A stretch of 64,000 nucleotides of DNA, taken from contig JBLDXI010000025.1 of assembly GCA_047495785.1 (NCBI GenBank), positions 2,415,063-2,479,062 of the forward strand. Direction: 5' to 3'. Made by a program: the position numbers and the translations under genes. This document shows positions 34,711-48,674 of this stretch, piece by piece (within the stretch, counting starts at the first letter, position 1; every line of letters starts with the position of its first letter). This DNA comes from Lepidodermella squamata. Lineage: Eukaryota > Animalia > Gastrotricha. The notes beneath the pieces were generated by a model. The model made no database searches. It had not been told where the DNA came from and saw nothing but the letters and a program-made list of their open reading frames with translations.

Positions 34711-36147
34711 GAGACGCGCGATTTTTTTGCGAGCAGCTGATAACGAGGCGGCAAAAATTATGCGCTACCCACTACAAGCACGAGATTTATTTATCCTAAA
34801 CATCTCACGTCTCCCTTCACAACTGTTTGCTTTAAAGTTTTTTGACACAAGCGCACGAGTGCTATACAGCGAGTTACTTATTACTTGGAGTGAGGCGAAG
34901 TGTATAAAGCAAGCATTCAACCAGTGCGTTTCCCTTCGCGTGGTTAAAAAAATGCGTCATATAACCGAGCAGGGAAAACAGCGCGAAAAGCATGTGTCGA
35001 GCGAAATTCAACAATTTTTGTACACAAGGTGATCCCACAAGGCTAACGTAAAAATATGCCGAAGAATTATTTTCATGTTTTCGCTGTGACACACAAGCCG
35101 CTCTTTACATAGATGCATTGTTTTGCAAAAAATGCATTGTTACAATTGAAACAGTTGCAAAGGCGACGCAGTGCCAAAACAGTTGTAAAACTCCAGGCCG
35201 CACCTATCCAGGTTAATAGACCATCAAGCGAAACTTAATGGCCATAATTGGATGCAATAAAATTAAATTAATAGTAGAAGAAATTGCGTGCAAACGCAGC
35301 GATGGGTGCGGGTAAAAAAACTATTTGACCGTTAACAAGTGAAAAGTGGGGTTTAGAGAATTTGCTGTATTTTTCAGCAAATCGAAAAAGGCGTGCTGAC
35401 TTGAAGAAGGATGATTCTTGGATTCCATAATGGCCTTACTCAATTTTTCTTGTGGATTCTAAATTTTCAAGTCTAAGATTCCCGGGAGGCTACCAAAACC
35501 GTTAATAGACGGGAAACCCTTACCCATGTCCCTGAAAAGTGTTCAGGTTGATATGGAGACAAAATTTTGTATGTCTAGCATCTAGCGAGATTCCTCACCT
35601 CAGATTACCCTGAAATGTCGACAGCGCATAAAAAAGAGCATTACAATAATGTGTGAGGAATTATTAATTGGCGTAATGAAAACTCAAATTATTAAGGCGC
35701 ACTTTTTTCGAAATTAACATTTTTCGCTGGTAAACTTTGAAGCCCAATTTCTCAGCCCCTGATGAATCTCGACCTCTTTTTGATATTATTCAACTCCTCG
35801 TTAATTGATCTCGAAAGCGACATCAAAATTTCACGTTGTCAAGATTGTCGCCAAACCCCAAATTTCACTTGCCAAAGGTCATTTCAACTACGAGCTACTT
35901 GCTGGTGCGCCGCGGTTTTTGCAACTTTATTTGTTTACAAAAGTGTTGCAATTATGCGCAGCACATCCGCCTAGGCTATAAATTATCCTGTTTAGCTTGA
36001 TTTTTCAAACCCAAGCGACAATAAACAAGCTTTTACGATTGAGTAAACAACGATTTATCGATTTTTCCTGCGCCGAAACATGAGAATATTTAGAAGAAAT
36101 TGTCGCACGATATTAATTGATTTAGATTTCACTGGGATGTCAAAGTT

Positions 36148-37847
36148 TTAAAGCAAGCTTCTGGTGTGTTCAATTAGAGGCAATGCTCGCATGAAATTGA
36201 AGCGATCGTTGTAGTTGCTCTCCGAGGTGTTTGATCTCCGATTTTGTGTTGGATCTATGAGTGGTAACTGCCTTATTAAAAAGTTGTTTTAGCAGCTAAA
36301 GATTACCTGGCCAGGCTTCTTTTAGCCGCAGAAGTAAAATGGAAAGAAAACAAAACAAATGGGAACATTATACCAAGCGAAAATGGAAAAATCATTAAAG
36401 TTTTCACTATATAAGCAGCAAGTTTCTTGCCAGCTTTTTCCAATAATAATGTAATCGAATTGGGATTTGGAGGGTTCTTCAGACATGCAGTGATTAGTCG
36501 TAAAAATTACCAATATTCCATCTTTTGGACAGTAGACTAAGAATGCTCTGCTCGCCGCTGTGAACTTGGCCTGTATTTTGATTCGAAATGATGCGATAAT
36601 CCTGCGAATACGCTAGCCACTCGGCTACAAACCGCACAGATTCGTGTGATTTTCGTAAAAGCACGAAGCTAGACATTCGCTGTACTGAATCAAGGCAATC
36701 CTTAGTGTCACAGCCCATTAGTGAGAAGGCCTCTTTCTTCGTTCGGCTGGCTTCGATATTACTTGAAGAAAATACGACAATATCCTGCTTGAGCTTTGCC
36801 TATTTATGTTGGGATTGAAGAAACTGCTGCAATATTGGCATATCGATAAAACCTGATTGCAGACGAGCGTAGAGTCAATGTTGGCGACGAACTCAGAGCC
36901 AGAATCGGCGTAAAATACAACGTCGTCGTCTTCGAGGGCGAGCAATGTTCGATAAATGATGTAAGGTTTCCAAAGCTTGAGGCTAAAAAGTAAGGAATTT
37001 TTACCGCATTCCGATTACAGCAAAATAACAAACCCCGCTCCAATACGACGCCTGAAAATCCGGCAGTTTTTGGATGCAAACCGATAATCAATCGACTAAT
37101 TTTAAGGTGTAACGTAGCTTGAATTTTGCGAATTTCAGCCCTATCTTTCAGCTCACCCGTTCATTAAACGATATGCATAGATCGAAGCGACCCTTTTTGA
37201 GTCCGGTAACGCAGTTGATGTACTGACTTCGTAAACAACAGCCTGCGCCAGCGTAATTGATCAAAACTCGCCGGCCATGGACTTCCTTGCATTTCCCGGG
37301 GTCTCCATAGGCAAAAGAGCCCTCTTTATCACGGCAATATTCGTAAAATCTGCCGAAATAAGATGAAAAAACAAGTTATCCTTTAATGAACAGCAGCTGT
37401 AATGAATAACCTATCCGATCTCGTAGTATTGATCGAGCTTAAGGCCAGTTTCAGCCAATTGGAACCATCCATATCCATAGCTAAACGCTTAACGGTGACT
37501 CTATTATCCGCACAGGCTAAGGGCGATAGAGATGAGGTTGGCAAATCTAAAAAATAAGCCTTCGCCCTTTCGACTTCGTTGGGCAAGTTGAAATATTGAG
37601 ATGACAAAGAACAGTTCGATGCGACAGCCGCGTCCGGATAGTCATAGTCGAAATGTTTCATCAATGAAAATTGCTCTTCGGCAAGTGGTTGAATCTCCGG
37701 TGGTAGTTCATCAAACGACAGTTGGCGAGGTGTATAATGGTCTCCTTTTATTAGGGCCGACTTTATGATCCAAACAGCTGTTGCGGTTATCAGCGCGAGA
37801 GCGATTGTCTGGCGCCTTGCCAAAAGCGCCATCATGACCCGCCGCAT
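36148..37847 (-). CDS. Glycosyltransferase-like paralogue 2, ~7 exons
   Basis: N-terminal TM; LINYAGAGCC; GAGLKLWKPYII; DDVVFYADSG; FVAEWLAYSQD; degenerate HSGEQSILSLL. 12-nt micro-exon at 36307-36318. Last exon ends IEHTRSLL*. Confidence 0.72.
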
Positions 37848-38150
37848 AAGGTGCCGAAAGAGCGGAATTTTCCCAACTTCAACTCAAATATTAGGCTAGT
37901 TATTCTGGCCTCACCGATAGCATATGCCGGGAAATTTTGTGCGGGTCTAACACTTTCTGCGGAGTGTTATTTTCACACTGCACCTTTGTTGTAATAAAAG
38001 TTGACGCACTCGTATTACATGTTCTTTGTATTCAAATAAAAAGTTAAACAAAGATGCCGAAAACAAGCCTGATTTAATTTTTGAAACAAGTCAGCAAAAA
38101 TCATTTCTTACGACGCATTTTATTTAAAAAATAGGATAAAAAGTTAAAAT

Positions 38151-39347
38151 TCAATCCCTGTGACGAGAGTGGTCGATCAGCGTCCGGCCTCTCAGCAATT
38201 TGAATTTTTCCAGCTTCTTAAGCTCGGCGCCAACTCCGAAATCACCGTACTGGCTTGGGTCTGGCCAAGCTGAAATGTCCCATTTTTTCGATAGCAAGCT
38301 CAGTACACTTTGATCATGCCGGTGTTCGCCGAATCGAGGTCGCCCTGTCTTCGGGTCTATGAAGAAGAACTTGATGGCATCCCAGCCAAAGCTGCTGTGG
38401 TCGTTTGAGAGGATGCGCCTGTCTTGAGCATACGTCAGCCATTCGGAGACAAATCGAACTGATTCACTTGATTTTCTCAACAGAATAAAACTCGCCAGGC
38501 GCTGTGGTGAATTTCTGCATTCAGCATTATCACAGTCCATCAAGACGAAGGCATCTTCCTTCGTAAATTTGGTCTCAGGATAGTCGAGGCTGAATACTAC
38601 GACATTTTGCTGCATACTGTTTTGCAGGCAAATCAGGGTGGAGTCGATGTTATCCACAAATTGTGAGCCGGAGTCGGAATAAAACAGAACATCCCCTTCA
38701 TCGAGTGCGAGTAAAACTTGTAAAATTAAATAAGGCTTCCATAGCCATAACTTCTCCGACAGTAAATCACAGTTTTTTGAGACGAAGAGAGGATCACTGA
38801 TTGACCAATTTGAAAATGGAATACACAAATCGAAGCCACCTAGCGTGATGCCAGAAATGCAGTTTCGCCTCTGGGCCTCGTGACAACACCCGCCATCGGC
38901 GTAATTCATCAGAATTTTCCGACCTTTCACTGCTGCGCATTTTTCATTATTCTGCGACATCAATCTATGTTGGTGGAATGGATAGTTTTTTCGGCATGCG
39001 AGAATAAAAATCGTGGCCTACCTCTTCTGCTCAATCCTAGACGAGTTGACGCGATAAATCGAGGTCAGCAGTTCTTCTGTAATCAGACCAGGTTCAACAT
39101 CGGCACTGATGTAGGCTGTTTCTAGGTAAGGCAAAGCAGCGTTTCTGTTGTGCTTGCCGTTAGGGGCTAGAAGCTCGCAGTCGCTCGGTATCAGCTTTGG
39201 ATGAATGATGATATCAGGAGTTCTTACCAACCGATAAATCAACAGCAGCAGGGCAATAAAAATCGCAGCTATGAGTAATAGCAAAATTCGAATAGACGGG
39301 CGACGTCGTTTTCTCAAAATAAAAGCCGCTTTTGCAAAATGAGCCAT
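38151..39347 (-). CDS. Glycosyltransferase-like paralogue 3, 2 exons
   Basis: N-terminal RKRRR plus TM; LMNYADGGCC; LWLWKPYLI; GDVLFYSDSG; FTKEDAF; EHRHDQSVLSLL; WPDPSQYG. The catalytic region is one uninterrupted exon. Confidence 0.78.
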
Positions 39348-39965
39348 CCAAATGGAAATTGGAACGCATATCAGCTATATTCACAGAAACGCGCGCTAGT
39401 GGTGGTCCTACTGGGGTCGCTGCTTACTGTGCGCTGCACATGTAAGCTGCTTACCTGTACGTGCAGCGCGCAACACTGCTACTGTTGTTTCTTGCGCAAA
39501 GTAAAGTTAGATGTGGGTCACGGCGAGCGTAACCAAAGGTAATAAAGAAGCGTTTCAATTTTTCGTTATAGCGGTCTTTATTCTTTCGCCTCATCAACAG
39601 ACGGTATATTCATCACATGAGTTTGTGCCTATCGGGTTCGGCTTCTCTTGCCAAGTCATCGTTTTCTAAAAAACACAAAATATTTATGTTGAAATCCCCC
39701 TCACTCATCAACTTCTAAATGTGCATACTTTTGTTTCAATCTTCATTATATTTGCATTTTTTAACCACACCAGCAACCGCAACTGTAAAGAAAATCGTGT
39801 CATTTTTATTCAAAAAAGCGAAACCGGAGATATGAGATCGAGAAGCAAATCAATAAATTTATCTGCATAAAAAATAAAACCGTATAAAACGTGTCAAAAG
39901 CTCGGATGTGTGTAAAATGACACGAAAACAAGTTTGGTGATGAGTCATTGATCAAATTGCAAATC

Positions 39966-41658
39966 TTAAATTTCTCGTATCGGAAGATGTGCCTGCTGTT
40001 CGTCGGCGCGAGACTGATGTGGCTTATCAAAATCAGGAGGTCGCTGCTGCTGCTGCTCGTCTTCTTCCGGAGGTCCTAGGTAGAATCCGGGTTTGCTGTT
40101 CAGCGAGGCGTCAATAACCGGCAGCGCTATTTTCTCTTCTTTCCTCGCAACCAACCCAGCTTGGCGTTGATAAAATTGGCGAAGAATATGATCAGGATCG
40201 TCAGGCTTCAACGAGCTGCGTCTCGAAGGCCGCAAGTAACGCGAGCAGCACGGTGCGACAGTGCGGATGAAATCTCGCAACGCTCCACGGAAAAATTTGT
40301 TAAAAACCGCGTAAATTATAAAATTGATAGAGCTGTTGGCGTGGCTGAGTAACAGTGCAAACATCGAGACCTAAAAAATGAAATGAATTAAATTTCAGTA
40401 AATCAAAGTTGTGTTTGGCTAAAATTTACCCTGTGAGGTACAGCGTAGTTATTTCTAACCAGGCTTTGAACAACGAAAGTTGGAATCCAGAATATGTAGA
40501 TCAGCAATACGAGGAAAATAACTGTCTTGACTGTTTTCGACAAATCAAGCCGGTTGTACGAGCCATTGGTTCCGACCGAAGCTTTTCGAACAGCAGGCTG
40601 TGACGGTGTCTGATTCAGTGGGAATGAGCTCGTGGAAGCAAGCGAGAGCAGGCGCCGATTGCTGCCCGACCTTCGCGGCAAGCCTATCGGTTCGCTGTGG
40701 TTGAACGTCATGATGCCGGACGGAACACAGCTGAACGAATTTCGGGCTTTGCTTTGCACCCCACCACTGCTCGGTGATCTGTCCTACAATTTTGAAATAA
40801 AATTTGAAAAAATCGATTAAAAACGCAGCTGGTACTTACTATGCATCGTTTGTTGTGTTCATTCTCGCTGGCAATTAACCGGATAATTAGGCTGAGATAG
40901 GTCGCAGTTACTATTAGCAGGCAAGCAACGATGAGGAAGAGCGTAAAAAATGCCATGGCACTTTCTCGGAACTTGTAAAGACAAGTCATAGCATCGGGTG
41001 CGTACAAATCGTCCGGTTCCGTCAGCACATTGCCAATCGAGAAGCCCAACGACATTGCCCAGGTGAGGCCGATGAGCATGAAAGCCAGGCGGCGGCGTCG
41101 CTTCAAGCCTTGCAAACTTGAACGAACGCCGAGGAATCGAAATATCGCGATAGCAGTTAGGGTGAACAACGACTCTGAGCAAGCGAGCAGGCACAGGGTG
41201 GCTAAAAAGCGACACACGTTGGCATCGTTCTGCATGAATGACGCCCAGATGTTGGCGAGATGCGTCGTGTTCGACAGCACTGATATTGAAAAGTCAGCTA
41301 TGGCTAAGTTCAGCACGAAATAATTGGCTGGTGGGATGGCGCGTAGAAAGCGGCGCTGCAGCACGGCTGAAATTGTTAAACCATTGCCGATGAAGCCGAT
41401 GACAATCATGGTAACAAGCACTGAAGAAATCGCGATGCGTTCTGCCACGCTGAACATGTGCATTTCTTCAAGCGATGATGGCGCGCTGCTGCTGATGTTT
41501 GCTGGCTGACTGCTGACTGATAAATAAGCACCTGGTAATTCGCCACCGAACAGAAATGCCGTCGCTGCTCCGCCAAGCTTCACCGATTCGTTAGGTATAG
41601 GTTCCATGCCGGAGGATTCCAGCATGGAAACTGGGTTGTTCCGGGACATTGGTATCAT
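39966..41658 (-). CDS. Class A (rhodopsin-like) GPCR, melatonin-receptor/orphan-like, 3 exons
   Basis: GFIGNGL (TM1), NYFVLNLAIAD (TM2), CRFLA..IAIFRF (DRY variant), TM4 Trp, FWIP (TM6), HANSSINFIIYA (NPxxY variant) and NKFFR (helix 8). Confidence 0.9.
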
Positions 41659-43182
41659 GTTCGCTTCATAATAGACATCTATTAGGAAAAACTGTTACAT
41701 TTTAAATCCGAATCCAAGTGCAGAATTAAAGGCGGGATCTTCAGAATCTAGCTGGATACTAAAAGTCTGTAATAGGGCAAAGGCGACGTCTTATCGAAAT
41801 TAGCTTGCTTGCAAGTTGTAGCGCATTCATTACCGACGCTTCGACTGCCAAAGAATTTTTCATGGCGCAGTTTATGTTGTTGTAAGAGAAGTTAACGCTT
41901 GCATCGATTGCCTACCGCATTAAGGTTGACGTTTCTAACCAGTGAATAATTTAGCGCGCATAGAATCTTCCGGGGTATTGATTAAAGGTTTCTTTCCCTT
42001 TTCGAAGAGCGCTATACCATCAAGCCGTCAAATTTCGAGTGACATTTGAAGAACGAATCGATGCTATATCAAACCTGCGCTATTGGTGATGGGCTCCAAC
42101 TTTACACTTCTTATATTCATCTTATTCTATTCGCGCTAAATTATTCGCAGGTTAAAAGCATCTACCTTTACGCGGTAGTTGATCGATGTGAGTGTCTTAT
42201 TTTTTTTTACCCCAAACCGACTTCATAATAAAAAATCCCTTAAAAATAACTGTCGCAGATTGGCTGTGGAAACGTAGGAATCCCTAATGTAACAAACAGC
42301 AATAAAGTTCAGAGAAAAGTAATACCGGGATATAAAGGTATTTCACAGAAATTCGAGTCCAACTCTACATGGAGTGATCGAATTTATTTCGGACAATAAA
42401 AGAGATTACGCGATAAAGACGTTGTGGCGGAAAACAGCAGGTGTTGTTTACGAAAAAAAGCTGCGGCTTATCGTTTTCTTACGCCGCTAACCTAAAGTGA
42501 CAACTTGGCGGTGCTTCCGCGAAACTTGAGAGGTGAGGCGCTCAATTATGAGCTCCGCGCGCGCGATATCGTTATTCAGGCAGAGGCTATACTTGCTGCT
42601 TGAATGGTGAGCCAGCTACTTTGTGTTGCAGCTCTTATTTTGCCCGATAAGCACGTGCCAGCAGCGTGATATAATCGCCTATTACAATTGATTTTTTTGT
42701 GTGAAATGAAGAATGCCATTACTCAGCGCCACTTGTAATAGCCTTGGAGGATGTTTTCAAATTGTCGGCTAAGACCACTGCCGCAGATATGGCTGCGGCT
42801 CATCTCACTGGAATCTTTGAGTACGCTGAAAAAAGACAAAATCGATATGTGTGCCCAGCAACCCCGGCGCCGAGTCTGAAGTGTGAAAAAACTACCGAGC
42901 CAACACGCTTGAGGACGAAAAAACTCGTTCGATTTTGGATACGACATAAGCCCGCCCTTAAAGACAAAATAAACATTAATTAAAAGCAAACATAGGTGAT
43001 GACGACGTGGAAAACTCACGGACGAACACATTATTCAAGAGTAAGGCTCAATTTATTCAGTAATATATTCGCCGCAAAAAATGCATCACATGAAAATCGG
43101 CAAAAATTGCGAAAAGGCATCAAGAATCGATTGAGTCAAGGAGTTAATTACAAAAATTAAATTGGCACAACGTGTATACATA

Positions 43183-46100
43183 TCAAGTGGTGAAGGTTTT
43201 CATATGGCCGTTACTGCTAGGTTTCGCGTCAACGTCATTTTCATCCTCGAGCATGGCCGAATTGCTGCCGTTCGACGACAGGTACTTCGAATCGGGGTTA
43301 TTATTGCCGAGTGACTTCATCGTGTATACTTCGCCGTCATCGTCACCGCTGTAGGCCTTGTTGCCCATGGCTAGCGATGGCCTGCCGTAGATTTGGTTGT
43401 TAGCCGCCGTGGATGTACCATTCGCAGGCAACAGCGAAGTTGCTGTAGCGACTGTGCCCAAAGTTGCGCGGCTTTGCCAATACAGCGCAGTGACTTGCTT
43501 TTGCCTGCAAACAGCAATAGGTAATAATATAGCCAAAATGTGGCCTATAAAATTTTACATCAGAGCTTGAACAACGCCGTAAGTTGCAAACAACAGAAGA
43601 GCGCTGATTGTTGAGAAGAATAGATAGATTCCAATGAAAAACCAGTAAGCATTCTGAATATAAAAAATCAAAATTATTTAAAAAGATTTAGGGAGGATCA
43701 TTGCAAACCAAAGCCCCAATTAGCTCGACGCACCCATATTCGCGTGCGATGCCGTCGTACAAGTCGAAGATGATACCCATGCGACCAACATCACGATTGG
43801 CGGCAGCGACAATCTTGTCGAGCAACTCTCCGGCGACGTAAATGATCTCAGCTTTGAGGAGAAGAATTAGCGCATCGAAGTAAGTCTCGCCGAAGTGCAT
43901 AATTGATGCTGTTGCTTCGCGCTTCTCAATTGTTTGCGTCAACGTATCGGCCATATCGCCAAGCGCAGCGTAGCTTATCGTCGCATTGTTCAGGTAATTA
44001 GCTAAGGCTAATCGATACCGCTGAGCTGCCGTTAGCTGGCCCTGTGGAGTTGTCAAATCGATCGAAGAATTTGAAGTAAGATTGACGGAATTCAAGTTGA
44101 AGCCAATCGAATTTGCGCTGGTATTCACGGCGCAGTTCGAACATGTTTTCAACGTGTTGTTGATAGCAATAGCCGGCGCGAGGTCCATCGAATTGATAAC
44201 ACTCTGGAAGAAACTGGACGAAGCAGCGATGTTTGTAAGATTGTTGAAATATTTTTGAATGGCTGGCGATAAAATTTCAAGCCTCGCTGATAGTCGCAGG
44301 TGCTTCAAATTGCGAACGTCGCGAACAAACTAAAAAAAAACATCTGTAAAATCCCAATCCTTTCGATTTAATCCAAACACACGTCAGTATCCTCGATTCG
44401 AACGAATTCGTTCAGCGTCATGTCTTCTCGTGCGGCTTCGATTATTTTGGTAGCGGTTACACGGTTTAATAGATCCGGGTCGATGCTTTTCACAAGTTTA
44501 ACGATGCATTCGGGCAGGGCTTTCTCAAGAATGTCTTCGCCAAGCATCCGATCGAACCCCGCGTAGTCTTCTTTAGCGATGATTCTGCACACCGATTTAT
44601 CAACATAACTACCCGCTATGAAATGCCCAGCAGCCAATAGGCAAAGCAACGGTCCAGTGAAAGCGACATAAATAACAGCACCTCTGAAAAAATTGATATA
44701 ATAAAGACTAAGAACAACCCTTTGAAAAATGACTCACGATATGATGAATTTCGACCCAACAACTCCGACTTTGGATGGGCTGCGGGATCGGAGGCCTTTT
44801 TCGCTAGGTTCGTGGTAGAAAACCAGCAAGCAAATGGCACCAATAATCATCAACGCGAGGCTAACGGCTGCTATTATCATGATCACTATGGCCAAAATGT
44901 ATCGGATGAAAAACGCTTGCTGAATTTGACCGACCGTAACCCCGGTTTGGTCCTCCTCTGGTGCCGCAGTTGTTGTTGTTGTTGTTGTTGTAGTCGTCGT
45001 AGTAGTCGTTGTAGTAGTAGGCAAGCCCTGCGGACCAACTGTGATAACGGTCGGTAATGTCGCGACTGAAGGCGGAGTTGCTGCTGGCACCACCGGGGCA
45101 GGAGTTGCAGCTGGAATAACAGCCGATCCACCCGTCGGTGATATGGCTGTTGTTTCCGGCCTCGGGGGAAGATTGTCAGGACACGATCCACCATTGATAA
45201 CTGGTTTAACCCGCAGTTCATACCAGTCCATGTAAAAATTGATCAACGACTCAAAGTCAGTTCCGAAAGACGAAACGATGCCATTGAACTGACGCATCAG
45301 CGAGTCTTGCGACACACTGATCTGGCCGAATTTCACCGACATCATCAAATCATTGGTTTGGTTGTACACCGATTCCACGTTCCGCCTGACACGTACCAGC
45401 ATTTCGGGGGATATCGGCGGGGCAGTGGCTGGGTCGAACGGAGGCACGAGGCAAGACGAGCAGGAGCTGATAAATGCAGCTGGCGTTAGCACGGCCGATG
45501 CGCTGACGAGGAAAGAGCAAGATGGCGATAAGTTGCTCATCATCGCCGTTGTATTCGCGCCGGCAGTTTGACAAATGCTGGCTGCGAGCTGCGGGCTAAC
45601 AGTTTGGCGCAGCGCGTTGAGGCGATTTGTAGCCACTAACATGTTATCGAGGGCAACTTGCAGATCCGATGCGCTGTTCACGAGGGGTTTTGTCACCGAA
45701 CTTTCCCACGTGAAGGCTACGACAAAAAGTCCGAATATTTGCGACTACAGAGTCAATAAAAGATAAGAATGACAACTGTTTCGTAGGTCATATAAATAAA
45801 ACGTTACCTTTTGCGCCAAGTCTATGAGGCCAGTTGCGTCGTTGAACATGCCTTTAAATGAGTCGATAGCTTTTAATCCGAAGTCTTTCTTTTTTTCAAC
45901 ATCAGCTGTCATGACATTGACGACAGTGGTGAAGTCATTGTTAAAACTGGCCATAATCCTGTTGTAATCTAATATAGCGCCGAAAACAACAGTCGACGAT
46001 CGGTATAGCGACCATGTAAAAGATTCGTTGAAGTAAAAAGCCCCTCCCAAGCCGAATGCCGCGCCGAAACAGGCGATTATAGCAATGACAGCCATGGCTA

Positions 46101-47161
46101 TCATGCCCGTCGAGTAGAGGTCGTGATTTGGTTGGTGTACGGCTTGGCCATTTGCAGCGGCATTGCCGTTCAGCGGCTTGAAGTTGAAAGAATTTGCGGA
46201 TGATACGCGCATGCTCGATTGGTGACTCGAATCGGCAGTTGCCAGCGAGTCGCTGGAAAATGGGTTGTAGCGGAAGTCGTTGCGATAACGCCTCCGTGAG
46301 AGGCAGTAGGCGAGACCAGCGGCAATCGGGACTATTATAAAGGTGAGCAAGATTCCAATTGCTGCAACTGCAATCAGTCCTTTGCATTCTACGAGTGGCT
46401 ACGGCAATAGTTCGCGTAAACATGGTCAAATCCGCGAATGAAACATACCCAAAGTAACTCATTGATAATGCCGTTCATGTTCGCTCCTTTACCAGCCTTG
46501 ATCGCTATGTTTTTGATCGCATCTAAGTTGGGAATAAAATTAACATGGAATTTCAGGTGCCAATGAGAATCGCGGGATATGATTGGATAGGTCATGAAGC
46601 AATATTTATTGTGTTTTGGGCTTTGGAGAAATGAAGGATATGCCTTGAGGGAACAGCTTATCGTTAGCGACGCTCCAAAACAAGCGCTTTACTATTTATA
46701 GACTTTTATGGAAATAAGTACGTTCGACCCTTGAACATTTAGGCTCCTTTGACCTCCTTCAAGTACGATCGAATGAGTCTTGTGAGTCAAAAATGGTTGT
46801 TTTGGAGGTTAACGATTAAATGAATAAAAAATGTATTCGATCCCTCGGATATCTTTTGATAATTCGAGGGAATAATTTAGCCTAGAATTCTGTGAAAAAA
46901 AAGGAAAAATAAATTCTTACTTTGTGGGGCCTTCGAAGACTCAGCTTTGTCGATAATATCGGAGACAAAGCCGTAAAGATTTGGCCAGGCTCCTACGGCT
47001 CGGTAATTTGACGCGAAAAGAGATAGTGGTTGGCTCGAGCTGTTGCTGAAGTCATAGTCGGGCAGAACAATCGTCCAATCAGAGTTGAGCTTATTTCCGT
47101 TGAGTGCGATCTGCGGCGCTTTAATGACGTCCTTCAAGCTAGTCGGCATTGACATCTGCAT
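43183..47161 (-). CDS. Prominin-like 5-TM glycoprotein, paralogue A, multi-exon
   Basis: Five TMs with two large N-glycosylated loops; GSYVDKSVC and CVELIGAL|NAYWFFIG motifs; a Thr-rich (ACA/ACT)n insert at ~44969-45020. Colinear homology to paralogue B. The 5' end is uncertain. Confidence 0.7.
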
Positions 47162-48277
47162 CTTCGGGGGCAGGTGTCTTTTCCGAATGTAACTATCTAC
47201 TCTGGTTCAAGTTGCAAGTCCCCGCTATCCAGGTCTTGTTAAATTTCAAGTCGGCCAAACGATGTATTCAGTATTTTGGACGTCAAATGAGTCAAACAAG
47301 CTGTTAAGCACAATATTTTAAAACACCCGAGTAGTAGAAAAAGCGGGAAACAGGCACCTACTCAACACGCTAAGTTTGTCTGTCTAAATGGGCGATTTTA
47401 TTAGTATTATTTATTGTAAAACAAACACATGTGTTGTAGCAGTGATACTAATATTTTTTACGCAACTTCGTATACGCGTTATATTCTTTCATTCCTTTGT
47501 TGTTGCTTTGTTCTGTTGTCGCCACGGTTCAAGAATGCACGTACGCGCCAGGGCTCTAAGAGCGTTGTCGCTTTCAAGCTCTGAGCAATTGAAACTTTTG
47601 GCTGGCATAGTGAGCTCGCGTTGTAAATCTTACTCACGTTCAAAACAACATTCGCCTGCTTTTCTTTTCCGCACCAACATCAGCGATGTAGGATTATAGT
47701 TTACATTTCCAACATAGACACATCCACGCATTGTGTTTTTTTCAACAATTTTAACAATGGTGGTTTTGTTATAGTTGCCTGCGCTTTGTTCTCACCACGA
47801 AGCCGAGATAACGCCACAAATTTAAATTATGTCAACGTTTTATATCTATGAGACCGAATTACTAAGGATACAGCACATCCGCTGGGTACTGAGAGCATGT
47901 ATTGCGAAGTCACGACGACTTTCAAAGAGATGTTTGAACAATCTTGGCGGCTCGGTCCGTTGCACACAGACAATTGCTACATTTTGTATCTAATGGGATT
48001 TGGCCGTGATTTATTAACATGCCGATAATTACGTTTCGTGATGAGTTATACCTACGTCATAAAAGTCATTAGGAACTTTTGACACGTATCTAATTTACTG
48101 CTCCCGACAATTTACTCGATGATTCATCCCTTTATAATGAAGCTCGTGGTTGTACTGGAGTACCCGAAAATGAAGTCAGAATTCATCATCGAAAATACTC
48201 TACAGGCCTTATATTGGAAGACTTATTGTCTCATTTCACAAGAGGAGTCCAGGATGTTTTGAGATATTTTAACTCGA

Positions 48278-48371
48278 TGAAAATGAAAAATGAATGAATA
48301 TTCATTCATGAAAATGAATAAATTCATGAAAATTCATGAAAATGAATAAATGATGAAAATGAATAAATTCT
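48278..48371. repeat. AT-rich minisatellite (ATGAAAATGAATAAATTC-like); mirrored at ~63195-63289
   Basis: Visible tandem atgaaaatgaa(t)aaa units. Confidence 0.8.
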
Positions 48372-48674
48372 TCCCAATTTAATTTGTCCGAGTCAAGCCG
48401 GATTAATCAAGGTTGAACTTCGCATATAATTTTCAGGGATTCTCAAGACCACTTTAGCGGTTTATTCGTTCATGGTTGAAGTTGAAGCAAGTCAAATTCG
48501 AGGAAATCTGCAACTTGAAGCTTTCTATAACCTCTTCGAACTGAAAAAAGAGACACTGCCCATTTAGATCTGCGCAATTGTTTTATTATTTGAAAGATAC
48601 AAAATGTATTTCGGATTAATCGATGAGATGATTTGAGTATTGACGAATTAGAAAAACTAGCTCGGCCGCTGGCT

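Noticed and set aside
35190-35760. Possible small transposon between GT paralogues 1 and 2
   Set aside because: Only an ~11-bp imperfect inverted match (ccgcacctatc/gatgggtgcgg), with no convincing TIR pair or TSD.
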